NCBI GenBank assembly: GCA_963827275.1
Contig: CAWHAA010000008.1
Location: 32,001-96,000, forward strand
DNA length: 64,000 nt
Direction: 5' to 3'
Source of the DNA: an uncultured Spirochaetota bacterium
Lineage (GTDB): Bacteria > Spirochaetota > UBA4802 > UBA5550
This document shows positions 10,740 to 20,815 of the stretch, in pieces. The translations under genes and the position numbers were made by a program. Under the pieces are notes generated by a model that saw nothing but the letters and a program-made list of their open reading frames with translations, had not been told where the DNA came from and made no database searches. Numbering within the stretch: position 1 is the stretch's first letter; each line of letters begins with the position of its first letter.

Positions 10740-11336
10740 CTATGCGGTGATGACGACCGGGCGCGGGTGCTTCATCCGCACGGCGGTAACCTTGCGGTAG
10801 CGGCGGTAGAGGTCCGGGGAATCCATGGAGAGGAACGGGAGGTGGGGGGTCGCGTGGATATTGCCGATGAACGACCGGAGGTCGGCATCATAGAGGGTGT
10901 CAAAGTGCTTTTTGGAATGGCCGTGCGCTTTTTTAAACGCTCCCATGCGGCGGATGTCCCCGTCGAAGGCGGGACTTATGTGATAGAGTTCGTGGAATAT
11001 CACCCTGAGCTTCTCCTCCCACGCGAGATTGAAAAAACGCGGCATGTAAAAATAGATGATATAGAGGCAGGTCCGGCCGTTGTGGGATATTTCCGGAATG
11101 GTGTATACCCTGCCGCGGTAGCGGAGGAGCCGGGACCCGTTCTCGAAGCGGAGCGGGATGAGCTTGCCGTACAGCCCGCCGCGGCGCCCGCCCCTGTTTG
11201 AGCCGACGCACACCAGGGTGCTGTCAACATCGATATGGCTGAGCGATTGCGAGGACCGGACGATGTCATGTATGACGGCGGTCAGGGCCAGCGACAGGTT
11301 TATTTCATCGCCCGGGCGTGGCGGTTGCTTCGGCAT
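10740..11336 (-). CDS. Putative zinc metallopeptidase
   Basis: IFHELYHI (HExxH) motif; overlaps the 3' end of recN. Confidence 0.75.
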   Translation of the reverse strand: MPKQPPRPGDEINLSLALTAVIHDIVRSSQSLSHIDVDSTLVCVGSNRGGRRGGLYGKLIPLRFENGSRLLRYRGRVYTIPEISHNGRTCLYIIYFYMPRFFNLAWEEKLRVIFHELYHISPAFDGDIRRMGAFKKAHGHSKKHFDTLYDADLRSFIGNIHATPHLPFLSMDSPDLYRRYRKVTAVRMKHPRPVVITA

Positions 11337-13026
11337 TGCGCACCATCTCTTCGGCATGCTTCATGGAGAGGTCGGTGATCGTTTCGCCGGCCAGCATGCG
11401 CGCTATCTCCCTGATCTTTTCTTTCGGGGTGAGCTGCTTGACCAGGGTGGTGACCCGCTCCCCCGTCTTCCCCTTCTGCACCGAATAATGGGTGTCCGAC
11501 ATGGCCGCGATCTGGGGCAGGTGCGTGACGACGAGGACCTGGCGGTTTGCCGCGAGCAGCTTCAGCTTCTTTCCCACGATCTCGGCCACTTTGCCGCCGA
11601 TCCCGGCATCGACCTCGTCGAAGATCAGGCTCTCGACGAGGTCCGAGGAGAGGATGACGTTCTTGATGGCGAGCATGATCCGCGACATTTCACCGCCGGA
11701 CGCCACCTTCCGGAGCTGGCGCAGGTCTTCGCCCGCGTTCGCCGAGATGAGGAACTCGATCCGGTCCAGGCCGTGCGGGTAGAGGGCGTACCGCTTGTCG
11801 TCGGCCTCGATCTCGCCGAGGGGATTGACCTCGCGCTGGATGGAGACGCGGAACTGGGTGCCGGCCATGCCGAGATCGGCGAGCTCCTTCATGACGCGCG
11901 ATTCAAGGCGCTTCGCCGCCTCCCGGCGGCGCTCGGAAAGCCGAAGGGCGACCTCCTTCGCTTCCCTGACCGCCTGACGGTATTCGGCTTTCAGCCGCTC
12001 CGCCGCTTCGGCGCCGGAGTTGATGGTATCGAGCTCCTTGCGGGCCTTCTCCGCGTAGCTCAGGATGTCCTGCACGGTCTCGCCGTATTTTTTCTTGAAG
12101 CTCGATATCAGGGAGAGGCGCGCTTCCACATCGTTGATGCGCTCCGGCGAAAAATCGATGTTCTTCTCATAATCGCGCAGGTAAGCGGAGGCGTCCTCGA
12201 GGGAATAGAGCGACTGCTTGATCGAGTCGAGGACCCCCGCGATCTCCGGGTCGTACTGCGAAATCTTCGAGAGGCCCTGCTCCGCCATTTTGAGCTTCTG
12301 CAGAATACCGCCCTCGCCGCCCATGAGCCGCGAGGAGGAGTTGATCTCCCTGAAGAGCTTTTCCGAGTTCGCCAGGAGGACCGATTCGTTTTTCAGCTCT
12401 TCCTCCTCGCCGGTTTTCAGATGCGCTGCGTCGATTTCGCGGATGGCGAAGGTGTTGTATTCGATACGGCGCGCCTTTTCGCGCTCGTCAATCTCGAAGG
12501 AGCTGATGCGGTCTTTCAGGTCCTGGAGCCGGGCGTGGATGGCCCGGACCTTCACGACGTCGTCTTCCAGGCGCCCGAACCCGTCAAGGAGCTCCCGGTG
12601 GCGCGCGACTTTAACAATGTTCTGGTGTTCGTTCTGGCCGTGTATGTCCACCAGGTATTCGGAGAGCTCCTTGAGGCGGGAGGCGGGAATCTGCACGGCG
12701 TTGGCGAACGAGCGGCCCTTGCCGCTGGAATAGAGCTCGCGGCGGAGGATGAGGGTGTCTTCGTCGCAGTCAATGCCGGATTCGTCGAGCATCTGCTGTA
12801 CAATAGGAACGGCGGATATGTCGAAGCTCGCCTCGAGGGTCGCCTTTTCGAAGCCGGTCCGGATCATGTCGGTGGTCATTTTTTCGCCGAGAATGCCGGA
12901 GAGGGCGTCGATGAGGATCGATTTTCCCGCACCGGTTTCCCCGGTCAGGATGTTCAGCCCCCTGCCGAATTGTATGGTCAGGTCCTCAATGATGACGAAG
13001 TTCTTTATTTTCAGGTCGAGCAGCAT
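11305..13026 (-). CDS. recN: DNA repair protein RecN
   Basis: TGETGAGKS, DIHGQNEHQ, ASGGEMSR, FDEVDAGIGG, VTHLPQIAA. Confidence 0.98.
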   Translation of the reverse strand: MLLDLKIKNFVIIEDLTIQFGRGLNILTGETGAGKSILIDALSGILGEKMTTDMIRTGFEKATLEASFDISAVPIVQQMLDESGIDCDEDTLILRRELYSSGKGRSFANAVQIPASRLKELSEYLVDIHGQNEHQNIVKVARHRELLDGFGRLEDDVVKVRAIHARLQDLKDRISSFEIDEREKARRIEYNTFAIREIDAAHLKTGEEEELKNESVLLANSEKLFREINSSSRLMGGEGGILQKLKMAEQGLSKISQYDPEIAGVLDSIKQSLYSLEDASAYLRDYEKNIDFSPERINDVEARLSLISSFKKKYGETVQDILSYAEKARKELDTINSGAEAAERLKAEYRQAVREAKEVALRLSERRREAAKRLESRVMKELADLGMAGTQFRVSIQREVNPLGEIEADDKRYALYPHGLDRIEFLISANAGEDLRQLRKVASGGEMSRIMLAIKNVILSSDLVESLIFDEVDAGIGGKVAEIVGKKLKLLAANRQVLVVTHLPQIAAMSDTHYSVQKGKTGERVTTLVKQLTPKEKIREIARMLAGETITDLSMKHAEEMVRNAEATATPGR

Positions 13027-13047
13027 GGCATCATGTCCCGGTCCCGG

Positions 13048-13908
13048 TCATCCCCAGCCCAGCTTTTCGCGGAGTATGGAGTAGTAATTTTTTTCCGGGT
13101 GTGTTATCAGTCTGATGTTCTTGTTTGACTGGCGGATACAGATCTCGTCGTTTCCGTCGATGGTAATTACCTCCTGCCCGTCGATTGTCAATAATAAATT
13201 CTTGAAGTCGGAGATGATGCGGACACTGAAGGCCGAAGAGGCAGGGACGATCATGGGCCGCATGGCCAGGCTGTGCGGGCAGATGGGGCTCAGGAGAAAA
13301 ATTTTCGCCTCGGTGGGGGTGATGATGGGCCCCCCGGCCGAGAGGGAATACGCGGTCGATCCGGTGGGCGTCGAAATGATGAGGCCGTCACCGGTGTAGG
13401 TGCTCAAAAAATCGCCGTCGATTTTCATCTCGAGGCGGATGGGGCGGGAGACCGCGCCCTTGTGGATGACGGCGTCGTTGAGGAAACAGAGGCTCATTAT
13501 CTCCCCGCCGTCGCGGACCAGGGCGGCTTCCAGGACAAGCCGCTCGACCGCATGGTAGTCCCCGGACAGCACTTTTTTAAGGTGCCGCGGATACTCGTCC
13601 GGGCTGAATTCCGTCAGGAAGCCCAGGCGGCCGCGGTTGATGCCGAAGATCGGGGTGCCGGTGCCGCAGAAGAGGCGTGAGGTCCTGAGCACCGTGCCGT
13701 CTCCGCCGATGACGATGATCAGCTCCGGCGACGAAATGAACTGGTCATGCGGCACCGCCATTGAAAAGCATTCGTCGCCGCGGATAATGTCGTATTCGGG
13801 GAGCATGATCCTGACGTCTTCGTTGCGCAGGAACTCAATGACCTGACGCAGCAGAGGGAGACAGCTCTCATCGTCCGGGCGGAAATTGATTGAAACATTT
13901 TGTATCAT
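13048..13908 (-). CDS. nadK: NAD kinase
   Basis: GGDGT, GRLGFL, DGLIISTPTGSTAYSLSAGGP. Confidence 0.97.
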   Translation of the reverse strand: MIQNVSINFRPDDESCLPLLRQVIEFLRNEDVRIMLPEYDIIRGDECFSMAVPHDQFISSPELIIVIGGDGTVLRTSRLFCGTGTPIFGINRGRLGFLTEFSPDEYPRHLKKVLSGDYHAVERLVLEAALVRDGGEIMSLCFLNDAVIHKGAVSRPIRLEMKIDGDFLSTYTGDGLIISTPTGSTAYSLSAGGPIITPTEAKIFLLSPICPHSLAMRPMIVPASSAFSVRIISDFKNLLLTIDGQEVITIDGNDEICIRQSNKNIRLITHPEKNYYSILREKLGWG

Positions 13909-14181
13909 GTATACCCTGCTTGATTGCGCTACTATACCGGCCGTTGCCGGTGTCAGTCAATTAAAAAAGGTGCGCGGAGGGAGAATATCATGCCGCGATG
14001 CGGCCATGCAGTGTATACGAACGCAGCGGCAGGAAGGAGAATTTTTTATTCAGTCCCGGACGGATTTGTTGTAATTAAATGTTGACAACACCGAGATTCA
14101 AACATATAAGATGTGACCTGTTACAGGCGGGGATACGGTTGTCATAGACACGACACTGCACGGGGAGAGGAGAAACGGCCG

Positions 14182-14538
14182 ATGAAGCCCGAAGACTATA
14201 TAAATATCATGGCCCTGGAAGAGCGGCTGGGCGGAGACTTCGGATTTTTCAAGGAGCTGGCAGCGCTCTTCATCTCCGATTCCCCGCGCCTCATGGCTGC
14301 CATTGAAGAGGCGGTACAGAATAAAAACGGCGAAAAGATTGGAAAGACAGCCCATACCATGAAGGGGGCTGTGGCCAATTTTTCCGCCGAGCGGGCCTTT
14401 ATCGCGGCGCTCGCGCTTGAAAGAACCGGCAAGAACAACGAATTTGACATGGTTGACGCCGCTTATGACCGGCTCGCCGCTGAAATTACGGCGATGCGGG
14501 AGGCCCTGAAGCTGATGATGGAAAAGCAGGGGTTTTAG
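14182..14538 (+). CDS. Stand-alone Hpt (histidine phosphotransfer) protein
   Basis: AHTMKGAVANF motif; start after GAGGAG. Confidence 0.88.
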   Translation: MKPEDYINIMALEERLGGDFGFFKELAALFISDSPRLMAAIEEAVQNKNGEKIGKTAHTMKGAVANFSAERAFIAALALERTGKNNEFDMVDAAYDRLAAEITAMREALKLMMEKQGF

Positions 14539-14552
14539 GGAAAGAACCCCCG

Positions 14553-16742
14553 TTATTTTTTTCTCCGTATAATCGACTTTCCGAACGCAACGCACCCGCC
14601 GGAAGCTATCAATACCGTGCCGAGCCAGACCAGCCAGATGAGCCGCTTTTTGCTGACCGTGACGAGCACCGTATCGGCGGGGACAGTTATATGTTTCCCC
14701 GGCGTCACGTGGAGGTGTATCCTCTTGCTGTTCGCGTCAATCTGGCGGAGCGACACGGTGCGGTCGGTGCCGGGGACGTCCCGGTCAAGGTAGCGCACCC
14801 CTCCGGCGGTGAACTTGATCCCCGGCGCCATGGGGGCCCCGTTGACCGTGAGGTCGGCATAGGTGGAGGGCTCGCCCGAGGTCATGTGCTCAGTCCTGAA
14901 GCCGTTGAACCGGATCTTCAGCCCGCCGATCTCCTTTTCCTCCCCCTTTCCCAGCGCCAGGGTAGTCATCGAAGCGGCGCCTGATTCAAATTGCTCGGGC
15001 GCAATATAGATGTCGTTCAGTATGCCCGGGATGATATGGGGCTCCTTGTAGATCGATTCTGTTTTTTCGTCGAAGTAGTAGGCGGTCTTCGCCTGTATCG
15101 TGCTCGCACCGCTGGCAACGGTAAAGCTCAGGGAGGGCTCAGGCCCGTCCGCCATGCCGTTGAAGAGGACGCGCAGCGAGCCGAAAGCGGTTTCAGTCCC
15201 CTGCGTAAGTTTTTTCTGGACAGAATATTCGTGGAAATTCGACGTGATAACGCCCAGGACCAGAAGCCCCACGCCGATATGGGCGAGCCGCGAAGGAAGG
15301 GACGCGCGGGCTTTCGTCTCCCACAGGTCGATGAGCGCCCTCGCGACGAGGAACAGCGCAATCATTGATAACAGGTACGCGGCCGGGTTGCCGGTATGGC
15401 CCCGGTTGACGGCCGCACCGAGTACCACCGACAGGACTGCGGCGATGATGGTTTCTTTATTGATGATATTCCCCCGCCTGACGATCATGAGGGTCGTGGA
15501 GGCGAACATCAGGGTGAGTATCAGCGCGCCCAGAGGCTTGGAAAAATTATTATAAAACGCGGCGGTCACGTTTGATGGCCTCGCCATGAAGATCCCGGAG
15601 AGGATCGGCATCGATGTCCCGGTGAGAATGATGAGTGCATACACGATGAGCGCGATGATGCCGAACACGGCCATGGTCCTCCAGTCAAGGAGGCTGGTTT
15701 CAAGCCTCGGACCGGTGATATGCCGCACCCGCGCGAGGTAGAGTCCGAGACCGCCCGCAGCGTACACGGCGAGGAACAGGAGAAGATATGCTGCGATTTC
15801 GGAAGCGGAGAACGAGTGCACCGAGAAATTGGAGAGGACGCCGCTCCTGGTGAGCCAGGTGCTGTAAAAGACCATGATGAAGTAAAAGAGCGCGAGAAAG
15901 AGGTTGAGGCGCGCCAGGGAGCCGCTCCGGTTCTGTATGAGCGCGCCGTGCACCAGCGCGATCGCGATAAGCCAGGGTATGAGGGAAGAGTTTTCCACCG
16001 GGTCCCATCCCCAGTACCCGCCCCAGCCGAGCACTGAATAGGCCCAGTACCCGCCCAGGAAGATGCCGATGCCGAGGGTGATCATGCTGAAGAGGAGCCA
16101 GGGGTACGCGCCGGCGAGCCAGCGGTCCGCTTCTTTTTTCAGCAGGGCCGCGGCGGCATACCCGAAGGGGACGGTCGCCGACGCGTAGCCGAGGAAGAGA
16201 AGGGGCGGGTGGGCAACCATCCATGGATCTTTTAACAGGGGGTTCAGGCCCGCGCCGTCCGCCGGGAACATGCCGGGGCCGAAACTCTCAGGGTACTTGT
16301 CCCAGATATACATGAAAGGGCTCTCGACAAGGAGGAGAACCAGCATGAAGATCTGCGAAACCAGGATGACGGCGGATACGACCGGAGAGTAGTCGTCTTT
16401 TTGCCGCATGACGATCAGGCCGAACAGGCTGAGGAAAAAGAGCCAGAGGAGGAGGCTCCCCTCCTTCCCCGCCCAGAAGGCGGCGATGCGGTACGCGAGC
16501 GGCAGGTCACGGGAGGCGTTGTGATACACGTAGAGGAAACGGAAATCGCACGCGATAAAATAATAGAAGAGCAGGAGCACTGAGATGGAAATGCCGGCGC
16601 CCGCTGCAAGGGAGAGCGGCCCGCGCGGCAGGAGCGGCTGTTCCTTCCCCGCCGCTTCAAAGACCGCCGCGGCAGCGGCAACGAGCGAGAGGACGAGCGA
16701 CGCGATGATGAATATGTTCCCGGTGCTGGCGCTGAAATCCAT
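14553..16742 (-). CDS. ccmF: Cytochrome c biogenesis heme lyase CcmF
   Basis: WAGKEGSLLLW, HPPLLFLGY, WGGYWGWDPVENSS, TRSG..SVHSF. Confidence 0.96.
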   Translation of the reverse strand: MDFSASTGNIFIIASLVLSLVAAAAAVFEAAGKEQPLLPRGPLSLAAGAGISISVLLLFYYFIACDFRFLYVYHNASRDLPLAYRIAAFWAGKEGSLLLWLFFLSLFGLIVMRQKDDYSPVVSAVILVSQIFMLVLLLVESPFMYIWDKYPESFGPGMFPADGAGLNPLLKDPWMVAHPPLLFLGYASATVPFGYAAAALLKKEADRWLAGAYPWLLFSMITLGIGIFLGGYWAYSVLGWGGYWGWDPVENSSLIPWLIAIALVHGALIQNRSGSLARLNLFLALFYFIMVFYSTWLTRSGVLSNFSVHSFSASEIAAYLLLFLAVYAAGGLGLYLARVRHITGPRLETSLLDWRTMAVFGIIALIVYALIILTGTSMPILSGIFMARPSNVTAAFYNNFSKPLGALILTLMFASTTLMIVRRGNIINKETIIAAVLSVVLGAAVNRGHTGNPAAYLLSMIALFLVARALIDLWETKARASLPSRLAHIGVGLLVLGVITSNFHEYSVQKKLTQGTETAFGSLRVLFNGMADGPEPSLSFTVASGASTIQAKTAYYFDEKTESIYKEPHIIPGILNDIYIAPEQFESGAASMTTLALGKGEEKEIGGLKIRFNGFRTEHMTSGEPSTYADLTVNGAPMAPGIKFTAGGVRYLDRDVPGTDRTVSLRQIDANSKRIHLHVTPGKHITVPADTVLVTVSKKRLIWLVWLGTVLIASGGCVAFGKSIIRRKK

Positions 16743-16746
16743 GGTG

Positions 16747-17145
16747 CTATTTTCTCCTGTACTTTGATGGGCACTTCACGAGCACCTTGTCCGCTTCGAA
16801 GAAGTCGCCCCCGGCGCGGTACTTGCCGAGGATGACCGCCTGCTCGGCGTGCTCGAAATTCTGGGGCCTGGTGCCTTCGTGAACGACCTTCATTTTTGTG
16901 CCGTCCCTGTCGATGATGGTGAAGGCGTAGGAGCCCTCGGCGTGGGTGATCGGAACGGACCTGTCCAGGCTGCCGATGATCTGGACGTAGCGTTCCGGGT
17001 GAGACCTCGCCTCCCGGAACGGGACATAGGGCGAGAGGATGTCGTCGCTGAAGGAGAAGATCGCGATCACCAGAAGCGCGAGCCCGGCGATGAAGATGAG
17101 CATGTTGCGGTAGTTCATGTTGCCTCTCTTGTCCGCGCCGGTCAT
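16747..17145 (-). CDS. ccmE: Heme chaperone CcmE (CxxxY type)
   Basis: TM anchor, C-terminal VKCPSKY. Confidence 0.92.
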   Translation of the reverse strand: MTGADKRGNMNYRNMLIFIAGLALLVIAIFSFSDDILSPYVPFREARSHPERYVQIIGSLDRSVPITHAEGSYAFTIIDRDGTKMKVVHEGTRPQNFEHAEQAVILGKYRAGGDFFEADKVLVKCPSKYRRK

Positions 17146-17435
17146 TCGCGGAGACGCATATCCTTTTCAAGCGCGGCCACCCTGCGGTCGATCCTGAAGA
17201 GAAAAACAGCGAGGCCGGTCCAGACGAGAAGCACCACTCCCATGACCCGGTAGAGCACGGCGGCAGTGTCGCCCGATTGCGGTGACTGCGCCGGCGCTGT
17301 GTCAGGCGCAGGCGCTCCGGCCGCGTACGCGGCAGGGCCCGCCGGTTCCGGGGCGGCCGGGAGAAGGGCCGGCGCGGCGATTGTCAGCAATATCACAATC
17401 AATGCCAGGATGTTAATGGGCCGCATGGTGTTCAC
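17142..17435 (-). CDS. CcmD-like small membrane protein
   Basis: V.LVW.GL..FLFRIDRRV..LEK; located between ccmC and ccmE. Confidence 0.7.
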   Translation of the reverse strand: MNTMRPINILALIVILLTIAAPALLPAAPEPAGPAAYAAGAPAPDTAPAQSPQSGDTAAVLYRVMGVVLLVWTGLAVFLFRIDRRVAALEKDMRLRE

Positions 17436-18189
17436 CGATCCTTTTTTTTAGAATTGCCACCCTGTTCATGAGGGAGAGGAGATGCCCGTAGAGCAGGCTG
17501 AAGGCCAGTATCGCGACAATGAGGGTCGCGCGCATGCTGGCGTCGAGATACACCTTCCGGTCCGGGTTGATGATGGGGTCCGGGTGAAGGGACGGGTATA
17601 TCCGCGGCACGAGGAAGGCGAAAAAGGGGAGGGTGATCATCGCCAGGACCAGATAGGCCGAGCCGATCCTCCCCCTGTTTTCATTGCCTGCCAGCGCTCC
17701 CTCGAGGCTGAAGTAGGCGATATAAATGATGAGAACGATGATGATCGAGGTCTCCCGCGGGTCCCAGTTCCAGTATACGCCCCAGCTGATTTTCGCCCAT
17801 ATCGAACCGGTGATGACCGTGAGGATGGTGAAGACCAGCCCGATGACAGCGGAATCGTGCGAAAGCTCAACGAGACCGCCGGAGCGCCGCCTTGTATCAA
17901 TAAGAAAGATGACGGAGAGTATCCCGGAAACAATGAAGGCCAGGATCGAGACCCAGGCCAGCGGCACGTGGAAATACATGATGCGGCTCGAATCGCCCAG
18001 GATCTCCGCGGGCGGCGCCCAGAGAAATGCCATCACGATAGCCGCGGGCATTAATATATATACGCTTCGTAGTGCACCATTTATTATTTTCATACGCACC
18101 ATGACCGGCCCCGGCGGGGCGTTACTCGTCAAGCCACACTGCCCTGAACAGTAAAAAGGATATAACTGAAATGAAACCCGAAAATGCAA
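17413..18189 (-). CDS. ccmC: Heme exporter CcmC (true start probably ~18093-18102)
   Basis: YFHVPLAW, WGVYWNWDPRETS, LHP. Confidence 0.94.
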   Translation of the reverse strand: MHFRVSFQLYPFYCSGQCGLTSNAPPGPVMVRMKIINGALRSVYILMPAAIVMAFLWAPPAEILGDSSRIMYFHVPLAWVSILAFIVSGILSVIFLIDTRRRSGGLVELSHDSAVIGLVFTILTVITGSIWAKISWGVYWNWDPRETSIIIVLIIYIAYFSLEGALAGNENRGRIGSAYLVLAMITLPFFAFLVPRIYPSLHPDPIINPDRKVYLDASMRATLIVAILAFSLLYGHLLSLMNRVAILKKRIGEHHAAH

Positions 18190-18823
18190 GCAAAAAAACC
18201 ACGTTGCCGCAGGACGGCGCCGCCTCCCCGAGCGCGGCCGTCGTGGACGTGATCGACACCCAGAGGACCGGGAGGAGCACCGGGAAGGAGATGATGGTGA
18301 AGAGCGACGCCTTCCCCCCCGCCTTCGCCACCATGGCGGCGAGTATGGTCGTCGCCGCGGCGATCGCGGCGCCGCCCGCCGCCACCGTCAGTACGAAGGG
18401 GACGGCATGGCGCACGTTCACCTGTAAAAAAAAGAGAAAGAGGGGCGTGACCACGGCGCACAGGAGCATCATGAATGCCTGGTTGAAGATGAATTTCGCG
18501 ATGAAGACCGAGTCCGCCGTAACGCTGATGCGGAGAAAGAGCGCGGTCGCCTGGTCTTCCTCGCGCACAAAGATGTGCGAGAGGCCGTTCATGGCGCTGA
18601 AAAAAATCACCGTCCAGAGGAGGATCGACTGGACCGCCGGGGGAAAGGGGACGCCGCCGGCCGTCAGGCTCATGGCGATCGTCACGATGGCGGCGAACGA
18701 GAGCGCGATGTTCAGCGCGAACCGGCTCCTGAATTCGACCCTGAAGTCCTTGCGGAGGTTCCTGATAATATCGCTACCCAAGCCGGATGCCCCTGTCGCA
18801 GAGTGTTGCCTCGCGCGCGTCAT
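18122..18823 (-). CDS. ccmB: Heme exporter permease CcmB
   Basis: KDFRVEFRSR, hydrophobic helices, FPVLLPVL; operon position. Confidence 0.88.
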   Translation of the reverse strand: MTRARQHSATGASGLGSDIIRNLRKDFRVEFRSRFALNIALSFAAIVTIAMSLTAGGVPFPPAVQSILLWTVIFFSAMNGLSHIFVREEDQATALFLRISVTADSVFIAKFIFNQAFMMLLCAVVTPLFLFFLQVNVRHAVPFVLTVAAGGAAIAAATTILAAMVAKAGGKASLFTIISFPVLLPVLWVSITSTTAALGEAAPSCGNVVFLLAFSGFISVISFLLFRAVWLDE

Positions 18824-19397
18824 TGGTGGCCAGGAGTATGATCTTCCCCTTCCGCACCGACTCGATGCGGGAGGCGAGGAGCTCCCTGCCGGCGTCGTCG
18901 AGGTTGGTGCCCGGCTCGTCGAGAATCAGTACCGGCGGATCGTTCACGAGGGCCAGGACGATCTTCAGACGCTGCTTCATGCCCGAAGAATAATGCTTCA
19001 ATTTTTTTTCGGCGTGACGGGAGAGGTCAAAATCGTCGAGAAGGGCCCGGGCGCGCGCCGCGCCGGCCCGGTCACCGAGGGCAAACTCAATGTTTTCAAG
19101 CGCGGTCAGCTCGTCGTAGGGATGCACCATCGGGCCGGTATAGCCGATATGGGCGTGCCACCGGTCCCTGGGAATCCCGGCGCCCGCGGCATGGCCGACG
19201 CTCCCTCCGGTGGGCGCAAGCAGACCGGCGAGGATCATCAGCAGCGTGGATTTCCCTGACCCGTTGGGCCCGGTGACGCACAGGGATTCGCCCGTCTCCA
19301 GGGAGAGGTCGAGGCCCCTGAAGAGCTCGGTCCTGCCGAACGTCCTGGCGAGCCCCCTCGCCTGCAGTGTGTAACGGGCACCGTCCATTATGCTCAA
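18774..19397 (-). CDS. ccmA: Heme exporter ATPase CcmA
   Basis: GPNGSGKST, YSSGMKQR, LILDEP; operon position. Confidence 0.88.
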   Translation of the reverse strand: MSIMDGARYTLQARGLARTFGRTELFRGLDLSLETGESLCVTGPNGSGKSTLLMILAGLLAPTGGSVGHAAGAGIPRDRWHAHIGYTGPMVHPYDELTALENIEFALGDRAGAARARALLDDFDLSRHAEKKLKHYSSGMKQRLKIVLALVNDPPVLILDEPGTNLDDAGRELLASRIESVRKGKIILLATNDAREATLCDRGIRLG

Positions 19398-19398
19398 T

Positions 19399-20664
19399 CT
19401 ATTTTTTATTGATCAGCTTCGCTTCAAGGGCGACTCTGTTCGGGAAGTTCTCGGGGATATGGAATTCAAATCCCAGCCGCTCCGCCTTGGCCTTGAGCTC
19501 GTCGATGAATTCCCCGGTGGTGCCGGCGAAAATGACCTCGACGCGGGCCGCCCTGCCGACGCGGCCCTTCTCCAGCACCTGCCGGACGCCGCGCACCCTG
19601 TTTTCGACCTCGTTCCTGAATTTTTTCAGGCCGCTGTAGTCCAGGCCGGTGATGAAGACGCTGATCTGCCGCTGCGTGGCGGATTTCACGAACTGCTTGA
19701 TGATCTCTTCCATGAAGGGGCCGGGCTTGCTCGCGCCGGTCGACTCGTCCTTTCCTCCCAGGATTTTTTTCAGGACCGCCTCGATGGCGCGCTTTGACGC
19801 GGTGTCGGACTGTATGTGCACGCCGGGCGCGTCCTTGCTCGTGGTGGCGAGGATCCGGCCTGAATACACGTCAACGGCCTTGAGCCGAACGATGGCGGAT
19901 TTTGATTTCATGCTTGTCGTATAGGCGCGCAGGACCTCGGACTGGTCCCTGGTCTGCGCGGTCCCGATGATGAGGACCTCCGCGCCCGCGTCATTCAGGA
20001 GCATGCTCTGCACGTCCTCGGTGACCTGCCCGTTCATGGCCTTTGACATGCGGCCGTACTGCCGTTTCATCAGGTCCTGCACCGTCTGCATGTCCACGAA
20101 TTCGAAGCCCGCCCCGCCCATACGCTCCTGCATGAGGAGCTCGGTTTCCGTGAACCCGGGGGCGTTCATCTTCCGCTCGAAGGTCTCGCTGATCAGCACC
20201 ATGAATTTCGGCTTTCCGTACCGGTTCAGCGCGTCCTCGATAGCGTCCTCCACCACCGCCTGCTCGACGGTGCCCTCGATTTCCACCGAGTAGAGGTCGG
20301 CGTCGGCATGTTCTTCAATTATCTTTTCTTTTTTCACGAGGCCGTAAGACCGCGCCTGCACCAGGTGCTTCACCAGCTCGTAGTTTTCCATCACGCTTTC
20401 GCCTGTTATGCTCGTGCCAAGGACCTTCTCCACCAGCTTGTTCCGCGCGTCGTTGAGCGCCCGGTCGCGCGCCAGCGCCCGGTCGTTGTCGAATATGGCG
20501 GCGACCCCTTTTGCCCGGTCCCTGGCCGCGGTGGTGCTGCCCGGTTTTTCATCAAGGGCAAAGTCGCTTGAATTTTGTCCGTCTTTTACGCTTTTCCCGC
20601 CGCCGCAGGAGACAGCGCCGGCAAGAACAAGCACGCTGGCCAGGATCGCGATATTCTTTTTCAT
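19399..20664 (-). CDS. Lipoprotein, possibly FlgT-N-like domain
   Basis: Lipobox AVSC; ARDRAL.DA..K.VE.V.G pattern. Confidence 0.6.
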   Translation of the reverse strand: MKKNIAILASVLVLAGAVSCGGGKSVKDGQNSSDFALDEKPGSTTAARDRAKGVAAIFDNDRALARDRALNDARNKLVEKVLGTSITGESVMENYELVKHLVQARSYGLVKKEKIIEEHADADLYSVEIEGTVEQAVVEDAIEDALNRYGKPKFMVLISETFERKMNAPGFTETELLMQERMGGAGFEFVDMQTVQDLMKRQYGRMSKAMNGQVTEDVQSMLLNDAGAEVLIIGTAQTRDQSEVLRAYTTSMKSKSAIVRLKAVDVYSGRILATTSKDAPGVHIQSDTASKRAIEAVLKKILGGKDESTGASKPGPFMEEIIKQFVKSATQRQISVFITGLDYSGLKKFRNEVENRVRGVRQVLEKGRVGRAARVEVIFAGTTGEFIDELKAKAERLGFEFHIPENFPNRVALEAKLINKK

Positions 20665-20815
20665 GTTAAGGCTCCTCCCGGGAGTAACGACTGGTGGCTG
20701 GTGTTGACAGACAGTGCTCCGGCCGGCATGACGCGCGGTACGGTTCGTTGTGCTGCTCCAGGTGTGATATACTATGAGAATTATTTACTATTAGTCAAAT
20801 TGTTTTTTATATGCA

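Noticed and set aside
11158..13128. 656-aa ORF antisense to recN (and similar long antisense ORFs)
   Set aside because: Shadow frames typical of GC-rich genes; no motifs.
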